64,000 bases of DNA. It comes from an uncultured Collinsella sp. GTDB lineage: Bacteria > Actinomycetota > Coriobacteriia > Coriobacteriales > Coriobacteriaceae. Under the pieces are notes generated by a model. The model did no database searches. It saw only the letters and a program-made list of their open reading frames with translations, and had not been told where the DNA came from. The DNA is taken from assembly GCA_900757595.1 (NCBI GenBank), contig CAAEOL010000023.1, positions 2,248 to 66,247 on the forward strand, read 5' to 3'. Both the position numbers and the translations under genes were made by a program. Position 1 is the first letter of the stretch, and every line of letters begins with the position of its first letter. Below, in pieces: positions 1-8,409 of this stretch.

Positions 1-336
1 GGCGAGGTCAGCCCCTCGCCCTACGAGTTCTGCACGCCCGAGAGAAAGCAGACTAAGCGCCCGAACCTGATTCATCAGGAAGCGCCGCCTCGACCCGAAG
101 GACGTGGCGATCGTCTCGGACATCCCGGCGACGAGGCCCTGGCTCACGGTGGTGGACCTGATAGACTCCGGGGAGGAACTGAGCCTGGTCGCGAACGTGC
201 TCGCGGACGCGCTCGAAAGGGGCCTCGTCGAAGACGAGGGCGCGCTGAGGGAGAAAATCGACGCCGGGGGGCAAAAGCCGGGATGCCGGCGGGGGCCAGC
301 CTGTACGATTCGTTAGCTAGGAGGCGGGAAGAATGA
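1..336 (+). pseudogene. AbiEi-like (type IV TA) antitoxin, 3' part, frameshifted
   Basis: Frame 1 GEVSPSPYEFCTPERKQTKRPNL shifts near 70 to IRKRRLDPKDVAIVSDIPATRPWLTVVDL, which resembles AbiEi C-termini. A second shift near the G-run at 266-271 leads to a TGA that overlaps the ATG of the next gene (ATGA 333-336). Confidence 0.6.
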
Positions 337-555
337 CGTACGAGAACGGCGGTCAGCTCGACAGGGCCCTGAAGAGGGCCGTTCGCGACAGGGGCGGTGA
401 CCCCGGGGACGGCTGTCGTCGGGCTTTGCGCGACCGGTTCCTGCGCAGGGTGTTCAGCAACCCCGACGGCCGGTTTATCCTCAAGGGCGGAAGCGGGCTG
501 CTCGCGCGCATCCCCGACGGCCGCGTCACGCGCGACATCGACTTCGCGACGGCAT
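333..555 (+). pseudogene. AbiEii/AbiGii nucleotidyltransferase toxin, N-terminal fragment
   Basis: FILKGGSGLLARIPDGRVTRDIDF matches the AbiEii KGG..(R)xTxDxD motif. RBS AGGAGG lies upstream. Homology stops at the palindromic element at 556. Confidence 0.75.
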
Positions 556-671
556 CTGTGTTTGATAGCGTTCAATTTACGGGTTGGGGCTGCGGTGGAA
601 ATCCTGGACCAAAAGAGGACCAGGATTTCCACCGCAGCCCCAACCCGAAAATCAGGCTTGACTAAACACAG
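556..671. mobile_element. 116-bp palindromic IS relic / MITE
   Basis: Termini CTGTGTTT (556) and AAACACAG (671); internal perfect 28-bp inverted repeat at 580-607/620-647. Confidence 0.6.
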
Positions 672-846
672 ACGGTCTGCTGCGCGAGTACTTCCCGAAG
701 GGGACCGGCTTCTCTGCGGTCTCGGACGAGGAGGTCGAGCGGGTGTACGATGCCATCAACCGCAGGCCCCACAAGCGCCTGGGGTTCAGGACGCCCTACG
801 AGGTCCACTACTCAGGGGTGTTGCAGTTGCTCTGAGAATTCAAGCT
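672..846 (+). mobile_element. IS30-family remnant (transposase C-terminus and right end)
   Basis: GLLREYFPKGTGFSAVSDEEVERVYDAINRRPHKRLGFRTPYEVHYSGVLQLL* (stop 833-835) is a typical IS30 transposase C-terminus. It runs into an IS30-like end, TGTTGCAGTTGCTCTGAGAATTCAAGC. Confidence 0.8.
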
Positions 847-1256
847 CGAAAAGGCGCAAGCAAAGGTATCTTGACTACGCTCTAAAGCGTGGCGTGAAGT
901 CCGGCATCGTTGACGCGCTGAGGCTTCAGGGAATTGCCGCGAGCGAGGTTGATGCAGTTTCTGTTGTGGTTGACGAGCATTCGACTTCGATCGACGGAAA
1001 GTACAACCTGGCAGAATCGGTTGATGAGGAGCTGCGCTGCGGCATGTTCAACCCAACGTGGCAGACCTCCTACCCTCCTGTATTTAGCGACTGGCTGCCC
1101 AAGATTCCAGTCTCCTATGTCGACTCCTCCAAGGTGGCTATGGTGGGGGCGGCTGACGTGACGGCGAACTGGGCATTTATGGCCGAGCGCGACAAAGAGA
1201 CATATCCGCGAGCCTACGAGATGCTATCAAAGGCGACGGTCCTCGGGCTTCTGTAG
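847..1256 (+). pseudogene. DUF3800-like protein, C-terminal part cut by IS30
   Basis: KQRYLDYALK...VVVDEH...VSYVDSSKVAMVGAADVTANW resembles the DUF3800 C-terminal DS..AD motif. The 5' end is replaced by IS30. Confidence 0.5.
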
Positions 1257-1282
1257 CGTTGGACATGTAACTATCTGTCTTT

Positions 1283-1882
1283 TCAAAAGCCGTGAAGATC
1301 TTGGTGGATGATAAATTGCGATTTGTCGACCTGAGCGACGAAAGAGGCGAACTCTTGCTGAAGCTCAAGGGGAGGCAAGGGAACCGTCATTCTCTTTAGA
1401 GCTTCTTTGGTAATTGCCTCCCTTGTTGCTCCAGCCGCTCTTGAGCCGTTTAGCAGGAGTCTCTGATACGAATCGCTGATCAGCACCGTGTTCAATAGCA
1501 CCGGCAGCATCCGTTTTTGGTCGACTCTGACAATTGAGACATGCTGATTAACACGTCCACCAGCCAATTCATCTGGCAAAAGACATGAACGAGCAACCGA
1601 AGCGCCAGTAATATTCAGAAGCACGTCACCCTTCATCAGCGTGACGCCTTCTAGTTTTGCGGCTTGTTCATCATCAATACAAGCAAGGTCCTTCCACACG
1701 AAACGACCGTTGTGAACATTCGTACTTCTGACCAGCGGAACACCTTCGGCCTTGTATGCCGTTTTGCCACCTCGTGGCGTTGCTCCGGAACCCAACTTGG
1801 TACAGAGGTCTTCAAGCCTAACGAAAGGCCATTTTTTACCATCGACCGGATCGCCAAATACCTCTACAAACCGTGATTTGAC
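1283..1882 (-). pseudogene. Silent HsdS-type target recognition domain cassette (no own start or RBS)
   Basis: Open frame begins directly after the recombinase stop: VKSRFVEVFGDPVDGKKWPFVRLEDLCTKLGSGATP...GDVLLNITGASVAR...VPLPPLELQQEFASFVAQVDKSQF. Confidence 0.85.
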
Positions 1883-2875
1883 TTAACAGATATACCTTCT
1901 ATGAGAGTCCCTTACGTTGTCCTGATCGACCATTGCGTACATCAACGTTGTATCAATCTTTTGATGGCCAAGCAGCTTCTGCACCTGCTCGATGGGCATT
2001 CCTTTTCCAATTGCTTTGGTGGCCAGCGTTCTCCTGAACTTATGTGGGTGGACGTGTTTGACGCCTGCTTTTGTTCCCAAGGAGCGAAGGCGGAGCTCGA
2101 CTCCGCTTACTTGCAGCCTAGAACTCGGCTTTGTGAGACTACAAAATAGCGCGGCGACGTTATCGCTGCGTTCTTGCAGGTAGTTGTTTAGGTGCAGCTT
2201 TGTAGTCGCATCAAAATAGACGACTCTCTCTTTGTTGCCCTTTCCGAGTACAATGCACTCTCGCCGATTTAGATCAACGTCTTCTCGATTGAGCGAGACG
2301 AGTTCGCCTATTCTCATCCCTGTTGAACTAAGAAGGTTGATGATTGCCAGATCCCTCTTGCAAGAACAGGCGTCTGTGAGGGCTATAAGTTCTTCATCAG
2401 AATATACGGACTTGACCGTTCTCTTTGAGCGAATCTTTTTAATGCGTCGTGCAGGGCTTTTGAGTATATGGTTCTCGTCTTCAAGCCAAGAGAAGAATGA
2501 CGACAGGATGCGCCTGACGTTGTCGACGGTGATGCTCCCTGCGTTATTACCCATGGGATATTCGCTCAGGTATGTTCGTAAGTCATCTGAACTAATCCGG
2601 ACAATTGGTTTTTTGATTGCTTCGAGCGCCCTTGTAAGTGTGGCCTTGTAGTACCTGATGGTCTTAGGCGAGCATCCCTCGATGGTTTTGGCTGCGAGGA
2701 ATCGCTCCATGTACTTTGAGGCCTCGTCTTCGACATTGCTGAGCGCGTTCACTTCAAGTTCGATGCCCCTGAGTTCGCTCATAAGGACGCTCTCGAGATA
2801 CGAAAGCACTTCGCCGCTAACGAGTGCCTGCATTTTTGTGAGAACCGCGTTTGCTATTTCGATCGTCGTGTGCAT
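1883..2875 (-). CDS. Tyrosine recombinase/integrase (Xer-like), RM-locus associated
   Basis: Catalytic set present: TGMRIGEL, GKGNKER, HPHKFRRT, LLGHQKIDTT-LMY. RBS GGAGG 5 nt before the ATG. Confidence 0.93.
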   Translation of the reverse strand: MHTTIEIANAVLTKMQALVSGEVLSYLESVLMSELRGIELEVNALSNVEDEASKYMERFLAAKTIEGCSPKTIRYYKATLTRALEAIKKPIVRISSDDLRTYLSEYPMGNNAGSITVDNVRRILSSFFSWLEDENHILKSPARRIKKIRSKRTVKSVYSDEELIALTDACSCKRDLAIINLLSSTGMRIGELVSLNREDVDLNRRECIVLGKGNKERVVYFDATTKLHLNNYLQERSDNVAALFCSLTKPSSRLQVSGVELRLRSLGTKAGVKHVHPHKFRRTLATKAIGKGMPIEQVQKLLGHQKIDTTLMYAMVDQDNVRDSHRRYIC

Positions 2876-2877
2876 CA

Positions 2878-2909
2878 GTTCCTCCCATCCCGATATGGAT
2901 GGGAGGAAC
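2878..2909 (-). promoter_or_regulatory. 13-bp hairpin sequestering the recombinase RBS
   Basis: GTTCCTCCCATCC-cgatat-GGATGGGAGGAAC is a perfect inverted repeat between the RMS stop (2913) and the recombinase ATG (2875). Confidence 0.7.
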
Positions 2910-2912
2910 GTA

Positions 2913-5900
2913 TCACGCGAGGAATCGGTCTAGAAGGGCGTCGCGCTCTGCGGAAAGGGCGTCGACCTCTTGCTCGAGTGCAAATTGCGATTTGTCCGCC
3001 TCGGCAGCGAAGTCGGCGAACTCCTGTTGGAGGGACAACGGGGGAATTGCAATGGGAATAGCGGCCAAGTCTGCTGCGCTGATATTTGCCTGATGGACAC
3101 TTCCCTTCGCTATATTACGAAGGACTCGCTTTCCTTCCTTTGAATTCAGGTAACCAGATACATATTCGGCAGAGCTGTGGTCAGCGAACCTTACGCACAC
3201 GATGTACCCAGCAATAACCATGGTCTCTGACTGATGAAAAACGCAAGTTTTCCCAACCTTGTCAATGCTGTTGGTTCGATTAAAAAGCATATCGCCATAG
3301 CGGACGGTAGCATTTTCGAGAGCTTGGCCCTTTAGGGTGATTCGCTTTGTATCGGTTAGGTCAAGGATGCCGTCGTCGGTGATATTGTTCATTCGGATGT
3401 AGACATAATCGCCATCGGCGCCGGCTTTTGCTGAAGTGCCGTAGTGCATTTCTATGCTGTAGTTGCCGATTGTTTCGATTGGCCATGATGCGTGTGTCTT
3501 GGTTCTAAACATCTCGACAAACCGTGATTTGACGCTCTCCTTGAGAGCGGCGATTTGCTGTCGTTTGCTATTGATTTCATCTGTTAAGCGATTGAAATCG
3601 TCGATGAGGGCTCTCTGCTCGGAGAGCGTCGGGACTGGGATGGGGTATTTGAGCAGCTCATCCTTGTCTCCGCGAGGCCTGCCGGTTCCCGTGAAGGTGG
3701 ACATATCGTAGTCGAAGAAGTCCTTCTGCCACAGGAGCAGATGGAGAAACTCGGGCAATAGGCTGTCGGTATTTATGCTTCGGAATACCAAAACGTCCTT
3801 GGAGCACGCCCCATCGCGGTCTGCGAGCCAAATCTTCTGCAGATAGGGGCGAATATTGGAGACGAGCGTGTCTCCCTTCTTGTATGCGGTGCCAGCACTT
3901 GCCGGAAGCTCTCCACTATAGGTGGTTATGCCGCCACGGTCCTTGACCATGTTTTCCGTTGTTACGTAAGTGTCGGTGGTGATGGAACTCTGGGCCACGC
4001 TGTTGGTAACGTAGGATGTGATGTCTCTAAGCGTCTTGACTACGGTGCCCTGGGCGAACGAGCGGGGCTTGTAGAAAGAGCGGGGAATCGTAAGAGTCTC
4101 GTCGAACTTATCGGCATCAAAGTCAATGAAATCGGCGGTCTTGGCATAGTAGTAGTACTGGGCAAGGTCGCCGGGCTCAACCTGCTCGCCGGAGAACCAT
4201 GCTCTGATGATGCCGCTTAGCGAGTTCGTGTCGTCCGATTCGTTGTCCGAATAGAGCACGCCCTCACCATCGATGGGCTGTATCCCCTCGTTGCCTTTGC
4301 GATTGCTCCATTTGTAGCCAAGGAAAGAGGCGATTTCCTTGGTCGTGTTAGGTGAGTTGATGATGAGCGTCTGTTCACCGCAGACGAGACCCCAAACGCG
4401 CAGGCGTTTGCGCTCTTCCTTGTGCGCATGGCGATAGAACAGCTCGTTCTCTGCTTTGAGCCGTGAGTTCTTGTCGGCCGCCTTCCAAGTCTTGCTCTTC
4501 CGAAGGGTCTTGAGCTCCTTCGATGATTCGAAAAGATGGCAATAAACGCTGAAGTGGCGAGTGTTTGCCCATTCGTTCCAGTTAGCCTCTCCTGCGAGAA
4601 AAGCCCGGTAAGTATCTCCGTCTACATTAATTGTGTCGAGATAAGCGTTGAAAGCGCTTTCGTCTTTCCAACCAGTGAGCTTCCTGCGCTCAAAAACAGC
4701 GTCAACGAAATCAAGTGCGTTCGCATTGCGGGGCGGGATCTCGTCAAAGCGACGTAGGAACATAATTGCGACGTTTGTTCCTGTGGCCGCGAATGTGCCT
4801 GATCCAAACCTGGCGATGGAGACGATCTCGAAGGAGCTCAAAAGCACATCGCGTGCGGCCATGAAACTCGAGCTCGTGCTCTTGTCGAGGATCGAGGTGG
4901 GGAGGACAATGGCGGCGTAGCCTCCGGGCCGAACAAGCTGTGCCGCACGCTCGACAAAGAGGGTCTCGATTTCCGAGCCGCTATCGCTGATGGTTTCCAG
5001 CACTTTGAGTTCGTTGTTGTGAAGCTTGAGATGCGGTTTGAAGGCCGCGACAGAGTACGGGGGATTGGCGACAAGAATGTCGAAGCGTCCCCTGTCGGTT
5101 CGGCTGTCGATTCCCTTGTCGGGATAATTTTCAAGTCCGTCGCCGAAGACCACGTTGCCCTGCCCTGCGCCATGCATGTAGAACGAGACCTTGGAAACGC
5201 GAGCGAGTCGATAGTCCTTCTCGATGCCGACGAGATTGTCTCTGACCCAGTCGGCGTCTCCGAGGTCATCCTCTATGGTCGGATCATATTGGCATGCGGC
5301 GTCGGAGATTTCTTCGAACCCTTCTGTGAGAAAGTGCCCCGCGCCGCAGGCGTAATCGATAACGCGTGGATAGTGCACGGCACCAGCCTCGTCCTGCACG
5401 ATGCTGTCGAGTGGGAGTGACTTCCAAATAAAACGGGTGATGGGCACAGGTGTGAAGAATTGGCCCTCGTTTTGCTTAAAGCCCTGATTAAGGAGCTGTT
5501 CGAAGAGGTCGCCCAAGAATTGAATGTCTTGAGTTCCTACGATGCGATACGGCTGTAGAAGTTGCACCGTCTCTACGAGTACCTTGCCGTTCTGAAGAAA
5601 GAGTTCCTCGTTGTGGACGTCTTTGAACGCAAAGTCATTGTTGGTATAAAATTTAAGCTTGCGCAGCGTGCCGTTCAGCTCCTCGATGAGCTGCTTGCGG
5701 TGCTGGCCCGTATAGTTGCTTATGAGGTTTTCGGCGTAGTTGTTGGGAACGTACAGGACCTCTTCCCGCATGAGCTTTCTCATGCCGTCTGAGTGGAGTC
5801 TCTGGAGTCTGTCCTGGAGCGTTTCGTAGGTGTCTCGTCCTTGGCGGTATTGGAACTCAATCTCCTGGGTTGGCATTTTCGAGAGCTCGTCTTGGAGCTT

Positions 5901-6740
5901 CGCGATAAAGAGCGCAATAAGGCGATTGAAGGCGTTCTCTTTATCGGAGACGTTGTTGTGGCGGAGGATTTCCTCGAAGCGGTTGACGATGCTGTCTTCG
6001 GCCCTGAAGTCGACAAGGTCCTTCTTGAGAAGGGGAGGAACCATCGGGTGGTATGCCGTCGACCTATCGCCAAAGAGGATGTTTCCCTCGACTTGTTGGT
6101 TGTACGTTTCCGTCCAAACTTGATGGAGCTGTTCCACTGTATGGGCGTCGCGGTAGAGCGCAATGTTGTCATCGCGTTTGGCGAGCGCGATGAAGTTCTC
6201 GTCATCGCTGCAGTTAATTGAAACCTGGTCTGGCACAATTTCGTTGTTGATGAAATCGCATGCAAAGAGTACCAACCAGCGAGTCGCGCGCTCTTGTTGC
6301 CAATAGGAGAGGAGTTGCCCTCCGTCTGACTGCATGTTCTTGAATTCGTTTTTGAACTCGGTTCCAGGGGTCTTGCATTCGACGATTGCGAGTGTGTCGC
6401 CCCTCTCGTCATTAATGCAGATATCAGCGCGGCCGCTCTTTTGTTCGTGCCCAAGGGCCCATTCGCGCTCCAGCTCGAGTGATTCGGGGCGATATCCTTT
6501 GTCGAGGAGCATGGTTACGCAGGCGAGTACGACGAAGTTCTCGTTATCGGAGAAGTTACAAGTTGTGTCTTTGTTGACTTTGAACCCCAGGTCTTTCGGG
6601 TAGCCGATGCGTTTCTTGGAAAAATCGACCGTGATTTGTGCGCTGGTCTCTTCCCAGGATTTCTGATAAACGGTGCCGTCGCCCGACGGCTCGTAGCACA
6701 GAGCCCTAAGTGCGTCGCGAAGATTGTCCAGCGTAATCAT
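2913..6740 (-). CDS. Fused restriction-modification-specificity enzyme (HsdR_N-type nuclease + N6-adenine MTase + two TRDs; type IIG/IIB-like), 1275 aa
   Basis: GRADICI..VECK is a PD-(D/E)xK nuclease motif. GQFFTP, DYACGAGHFL (SAM binding) and NPPY (catalytic) are present. Two HsdS TRDs end in IPVPTLSEQ and IAIPPLSLQQEF. Confidence 0.92.
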   Translation of the reverse strand: MITLDNLRDALRALCYEPSGDGTVYQKSWEETSAQITVDFSKKRIGYPKDLGFKVNKDTTCNFSDNENFVVLACVTMLLDKGYRPESLELEREWALGHEQKSGRADICINDERGDTLAIVECKTPGTEFKNEFKNMQSDGGQLLSYWQQERATRWLVLFACDFINNEIVPDQVSINCSDDENFIALAKRDDNIALYRDAHTVEQLHQVWTETYNQQVEGNILFGDRSTAYHPMVPPLLKKDLVDFRAEDSIVNRFEEILRHNNVSDKENAFNRLIALFIAKLQDELSKMPTQEIEFQYRQGRDTYETLQDRLQRLHSDGMRKLMREEVLYVPNNYAENLISNYTGQHRKQLIEELNGTLRKLKFYTNNDFAFKDVHNEELFLQNGKVLVETVQLLQPYRIVGTQDIQFLGDLFEQLLNQGFKQNEGQFFTPVPITRFIWKSLPLDSIVQDEAGAVHYPRVIDYACGAGHFLTEGFEEISDAACQYDPTIEDDLGDADWVRDNLVGIEKDYRLARVSKVSFYMHGAGQGNVVFGDGLENYPDKGIDSRTDRGRFDILVANPPYSVAAFKPHLKLHNNELKVLETISDSGSEIETLFVERAAQLVRPGGYAAIVLPTSILDKSTSSSFMAARDVLLSSFEIVSIARFGSGTFAATGTNVAIMFLRRFDEIPPRNANALDFVDAVFERRKLTGWKDESAFNAYLDTINVDGDTYRAFLAGEANWNEWANTRHFSVYCHLFESSKELKTLRKSKTWKAADKNSRLKAENELFYRHAHKEERKRLRVWGLVCGEQTLIINSPNTTKEIASFLGYKWSNRKGNEGIQPIDGEGVLYSDNESDDTNSLSGIIRAWFSGEQVEPGDLAQYYYYAKTADFIDFDADKFDETLTIPRSFYKPRSFAQGTVVKTLRDITSYVTNSVAQSSITTDTYVTTENMVKDRGGITTYSGELPASAGTAYKKGDTLVSNIRPYLQKIWLADRDGACSKDVLVFRSINTDSLLPEFLHLLLWQKDFFDYDMSTFTGTGRPRGDKDELLKYPIPVPTLSEQRALIDDFNRLTDEINSKRQQIAALKESVKSRFVEMFRTKTHASWPIETIGNYSIEMHYGTSAKAGADGDYVYIRMNNITDDGILDLTDTKRITLKGQALENATVRYGDMLFNRTNSIDKVGKTCVFHQSETMVIAGYIVCVRFADHSSAEYVSGYLNSKEGKRVLRNIAKGSVHQANISAADLAAIPIAIPPLSLQQEFADFAAEADKSQFALEQEVDALSAERDALLDRFLA

Positions 6741-7256
6741 CTAATGTCTCCGTAGCTGCGAGGTGAAAACACAATTCGCTAATATTATCGCAGAGGGCAC
6801 CGTAAGAACGTAGTGTGATTGGCGGTGCTGCTGCTTGCCAGGGCATTTGATTGGATGATGACGCGCACGGGGCGGGATTCGCCAGTCCGCTAAGCCACGC
6901 TGGCAACAGTAGCGTACCAGGTGGTTGCTTGCAGAGATCCTCACGCGCGCCGTGCTTGAACCACTGGAGGTACGTGTTTCTTGTCGCGCGTCCATCGGTG
7001 ACCGATCCGCCTTTTACTAAACAAGTTTATCGAGCGCGCGAAGCGATTGAGCCAATGGCGAAGCTCCAACTTATTCGTCAACTCATGGGCAAGCCACCCG
7101 AGACTACTCATTTCTCCTACTAGCAATGAAGGTCTGCGACCTGCAGTTTTGCAAACTGCTTGAAAGCCACCCGATGAGATACCCCCGATTTCCACTTGGA
7201 ATCGGGGGTATTTTTATTTACAGGCTTTAGCCTGTGCGGGGCGCGCAGCGCGCCGC

Positions 7257-7984
7257 ATCAGAAACCACCCGCTATGCGGGTGGGGCCAAACGGCTTTACA
7301 AAGCCGCCCCCTCGCCGGACACTTGCGATTGTTCAGGCCGCAAGGAATCCGAGTCGAGAGGGCGGTGGTGGCGTATGGCCCAGAAGGCCTACGGCCTGTC
7401 GCACACGAAGTGGACGTGCAAGTACCACGTCGTGTTCACGCCGAAGTATAGGCGCAAAGTCATCTACAACCAAATAAGGTCCGACCTTGGGGAGATCTTC
7501 AGGAAGCTCTGCCAGTACAAGGGGATAGAGGTCATCGAGGGGCACCTGATGCCCGACCACGTCCACATGCTGCTGGCGATACCGCCGAAGTACAGCGTGT
7601 CCAGCGTGATGGGCTACCTGAAGGGGAAGAGCTCGCTGATGGTATTCGACAGGCACGCGAACATGAAGTACAAGTTCGGCAACAGGAAGTTCTGGGCCGA
7701 GGGCCACTGCGTGTCCACCGTCGGCCTGAACGAGGCCACGATCGCGAAGTACATCCGGGAGCAGGAGAAGGCCGACATCGCGCTCGACCGGCTGAGCGCC
7801 AAGGAGTACGAGGACCCCTTCGATAGGGGGCCGGGGCGTAAATAGCGCCGGTTTGACCGGCCCGTCACGGGTCAACCTGCAGTGCGGCCCGAACCCCGTG
7901 AGGGCCGGCGCCTTTAGACGCGTGCCGGAAATCCAAGGGTTATACCCTAAGAGCAAACCACCCCTTTTAGGGGTGGTTTTGATG
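7257..7984 (+). mobile_element. IS200-like element (IS200/IS605 family, tnpA only)
   Basis: Subterminal hairpins CCACCCGCTATGCGGGTGG (~7265) and AAACCACCCCTTTTAGGGGTGGTTT (~7955) flank tnpA. The ends are approximate. Confidence 0.85.
7375..7845 (+). CDS. tnpA: Y1 HUH transposase TnpA
   Basis: CKYHVVFTPKYRRK, DHVHML (HUH motif) and KYIREQ (catalytic Tyr). Confidence 0.95.
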   Translation: MAQKAYGLSHTKWTCKYHVVFTPKYRRKVIYNQIRSDLGEIFRKLCQYKGIEVIEGHLMPDHVHMLLAIPPKYSVSSVMGYLKGKSSLMVFDRHANMKYKFGNRKFWAEGHCVSTVGLNEATIAKYIREQEKADIALDRLSAKEYEDPFDRGPGRK

Positions 7985-8049
7985 GGGGCACGAATGGTTC
8001 GCTCCGACCTGCAAAATCTGTGCTCACGGTGCGAATGACGCCCCTAACC

Positions 8050-8078
8050 TTAAACTTTAGCTTGAACTTAGCTATAAT
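8050..8078 (+). promoter_or_regulatory. Sigma70-type promoter of the raiA-motif RNA
   Basis: TTAAAC (8050-8055), 17-nt spacer, TATAAT (8073-8078); 7 nt upstream of the RNA's 5' stem. Confidence 0.7.
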
Positions 8079-8085
8079 GCGCTAC

Positions 8086-8350
8086 GTTCCTGCCAGGCTG
8101 TGGTTGCGGACGGACGAAATGTCCATCCTAGTCCAAGACAGACGCGGTCAAAGGGATCCACGTAAGCGACCGCGTGCGCGCGGCGCGATCATGGCGCGTC
8201 CTAGATGTAAGCCGCACCGTCCGTTCTACTTTCTTTGGGGCAATACCGCCTCGCGGGCGAGCGGGCCAGTCGTGAGGGTGGCTACGGCTTCCCGAGCAAA
8301 CACCCCGGTGCGCAAGTGTGGGGTCAAATACCAGGTCAGCTGGTGGGAAC
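8086..8350 (+). ncRNA. raiA motif RNA
   Basis: Blocks recalled from raiA-motif RNAs occur in order: GGCTGTGGTTG, CAAAGGGATCCACGTAAG, ATGGCGCGTCCTAGATGTAAG, AGTGTGGGGTCAAATACCAGGTCAGC. Closing stem GTTCCTGCCAG/CTGGTGGGAAC. Lies upstream of a solute-binding protein and hpf/raiA, the typical context. Confidence 0.88.
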
Positions 8351-8409
8351 AACCCGTTATTCCGCGCAGCGCACGGATTGTATACGACACAGAAGGCAGG
8401 GTAGTGGAC

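Noticed and set aside
333..1256. ORFs 333-665, 397-885 and 750-1256 as intact genes
   Set aside because: Chimeric read-throughs across the abiEii/MITE/IS30/DUF3800 junctions.
1283..3533. Classical invertible hsdS shufflon
   Set aside because: All repeats and both TRDs have the same orientation, so inversion cannot swap them.
6741..7250. Small ORFs or an ncRNA upstream of the RM gene
   Set aside because: No recognisable motif; only a terminator-like hairpin at ~7179-7211.
7846..7984. tnpB/omegaRNA downstream of tnpA
   Set aside because: The right-end hairpin follows within ~110 nt and there is no RuvC ORF; this is a plain IS200.
8020..8409. N-terminal 130 aa of the 471-aa ORF
   Set aside because: It overlaps a promoter and the raiA-motif RNA; the lipoprotein signal starts at about 8410-8428.
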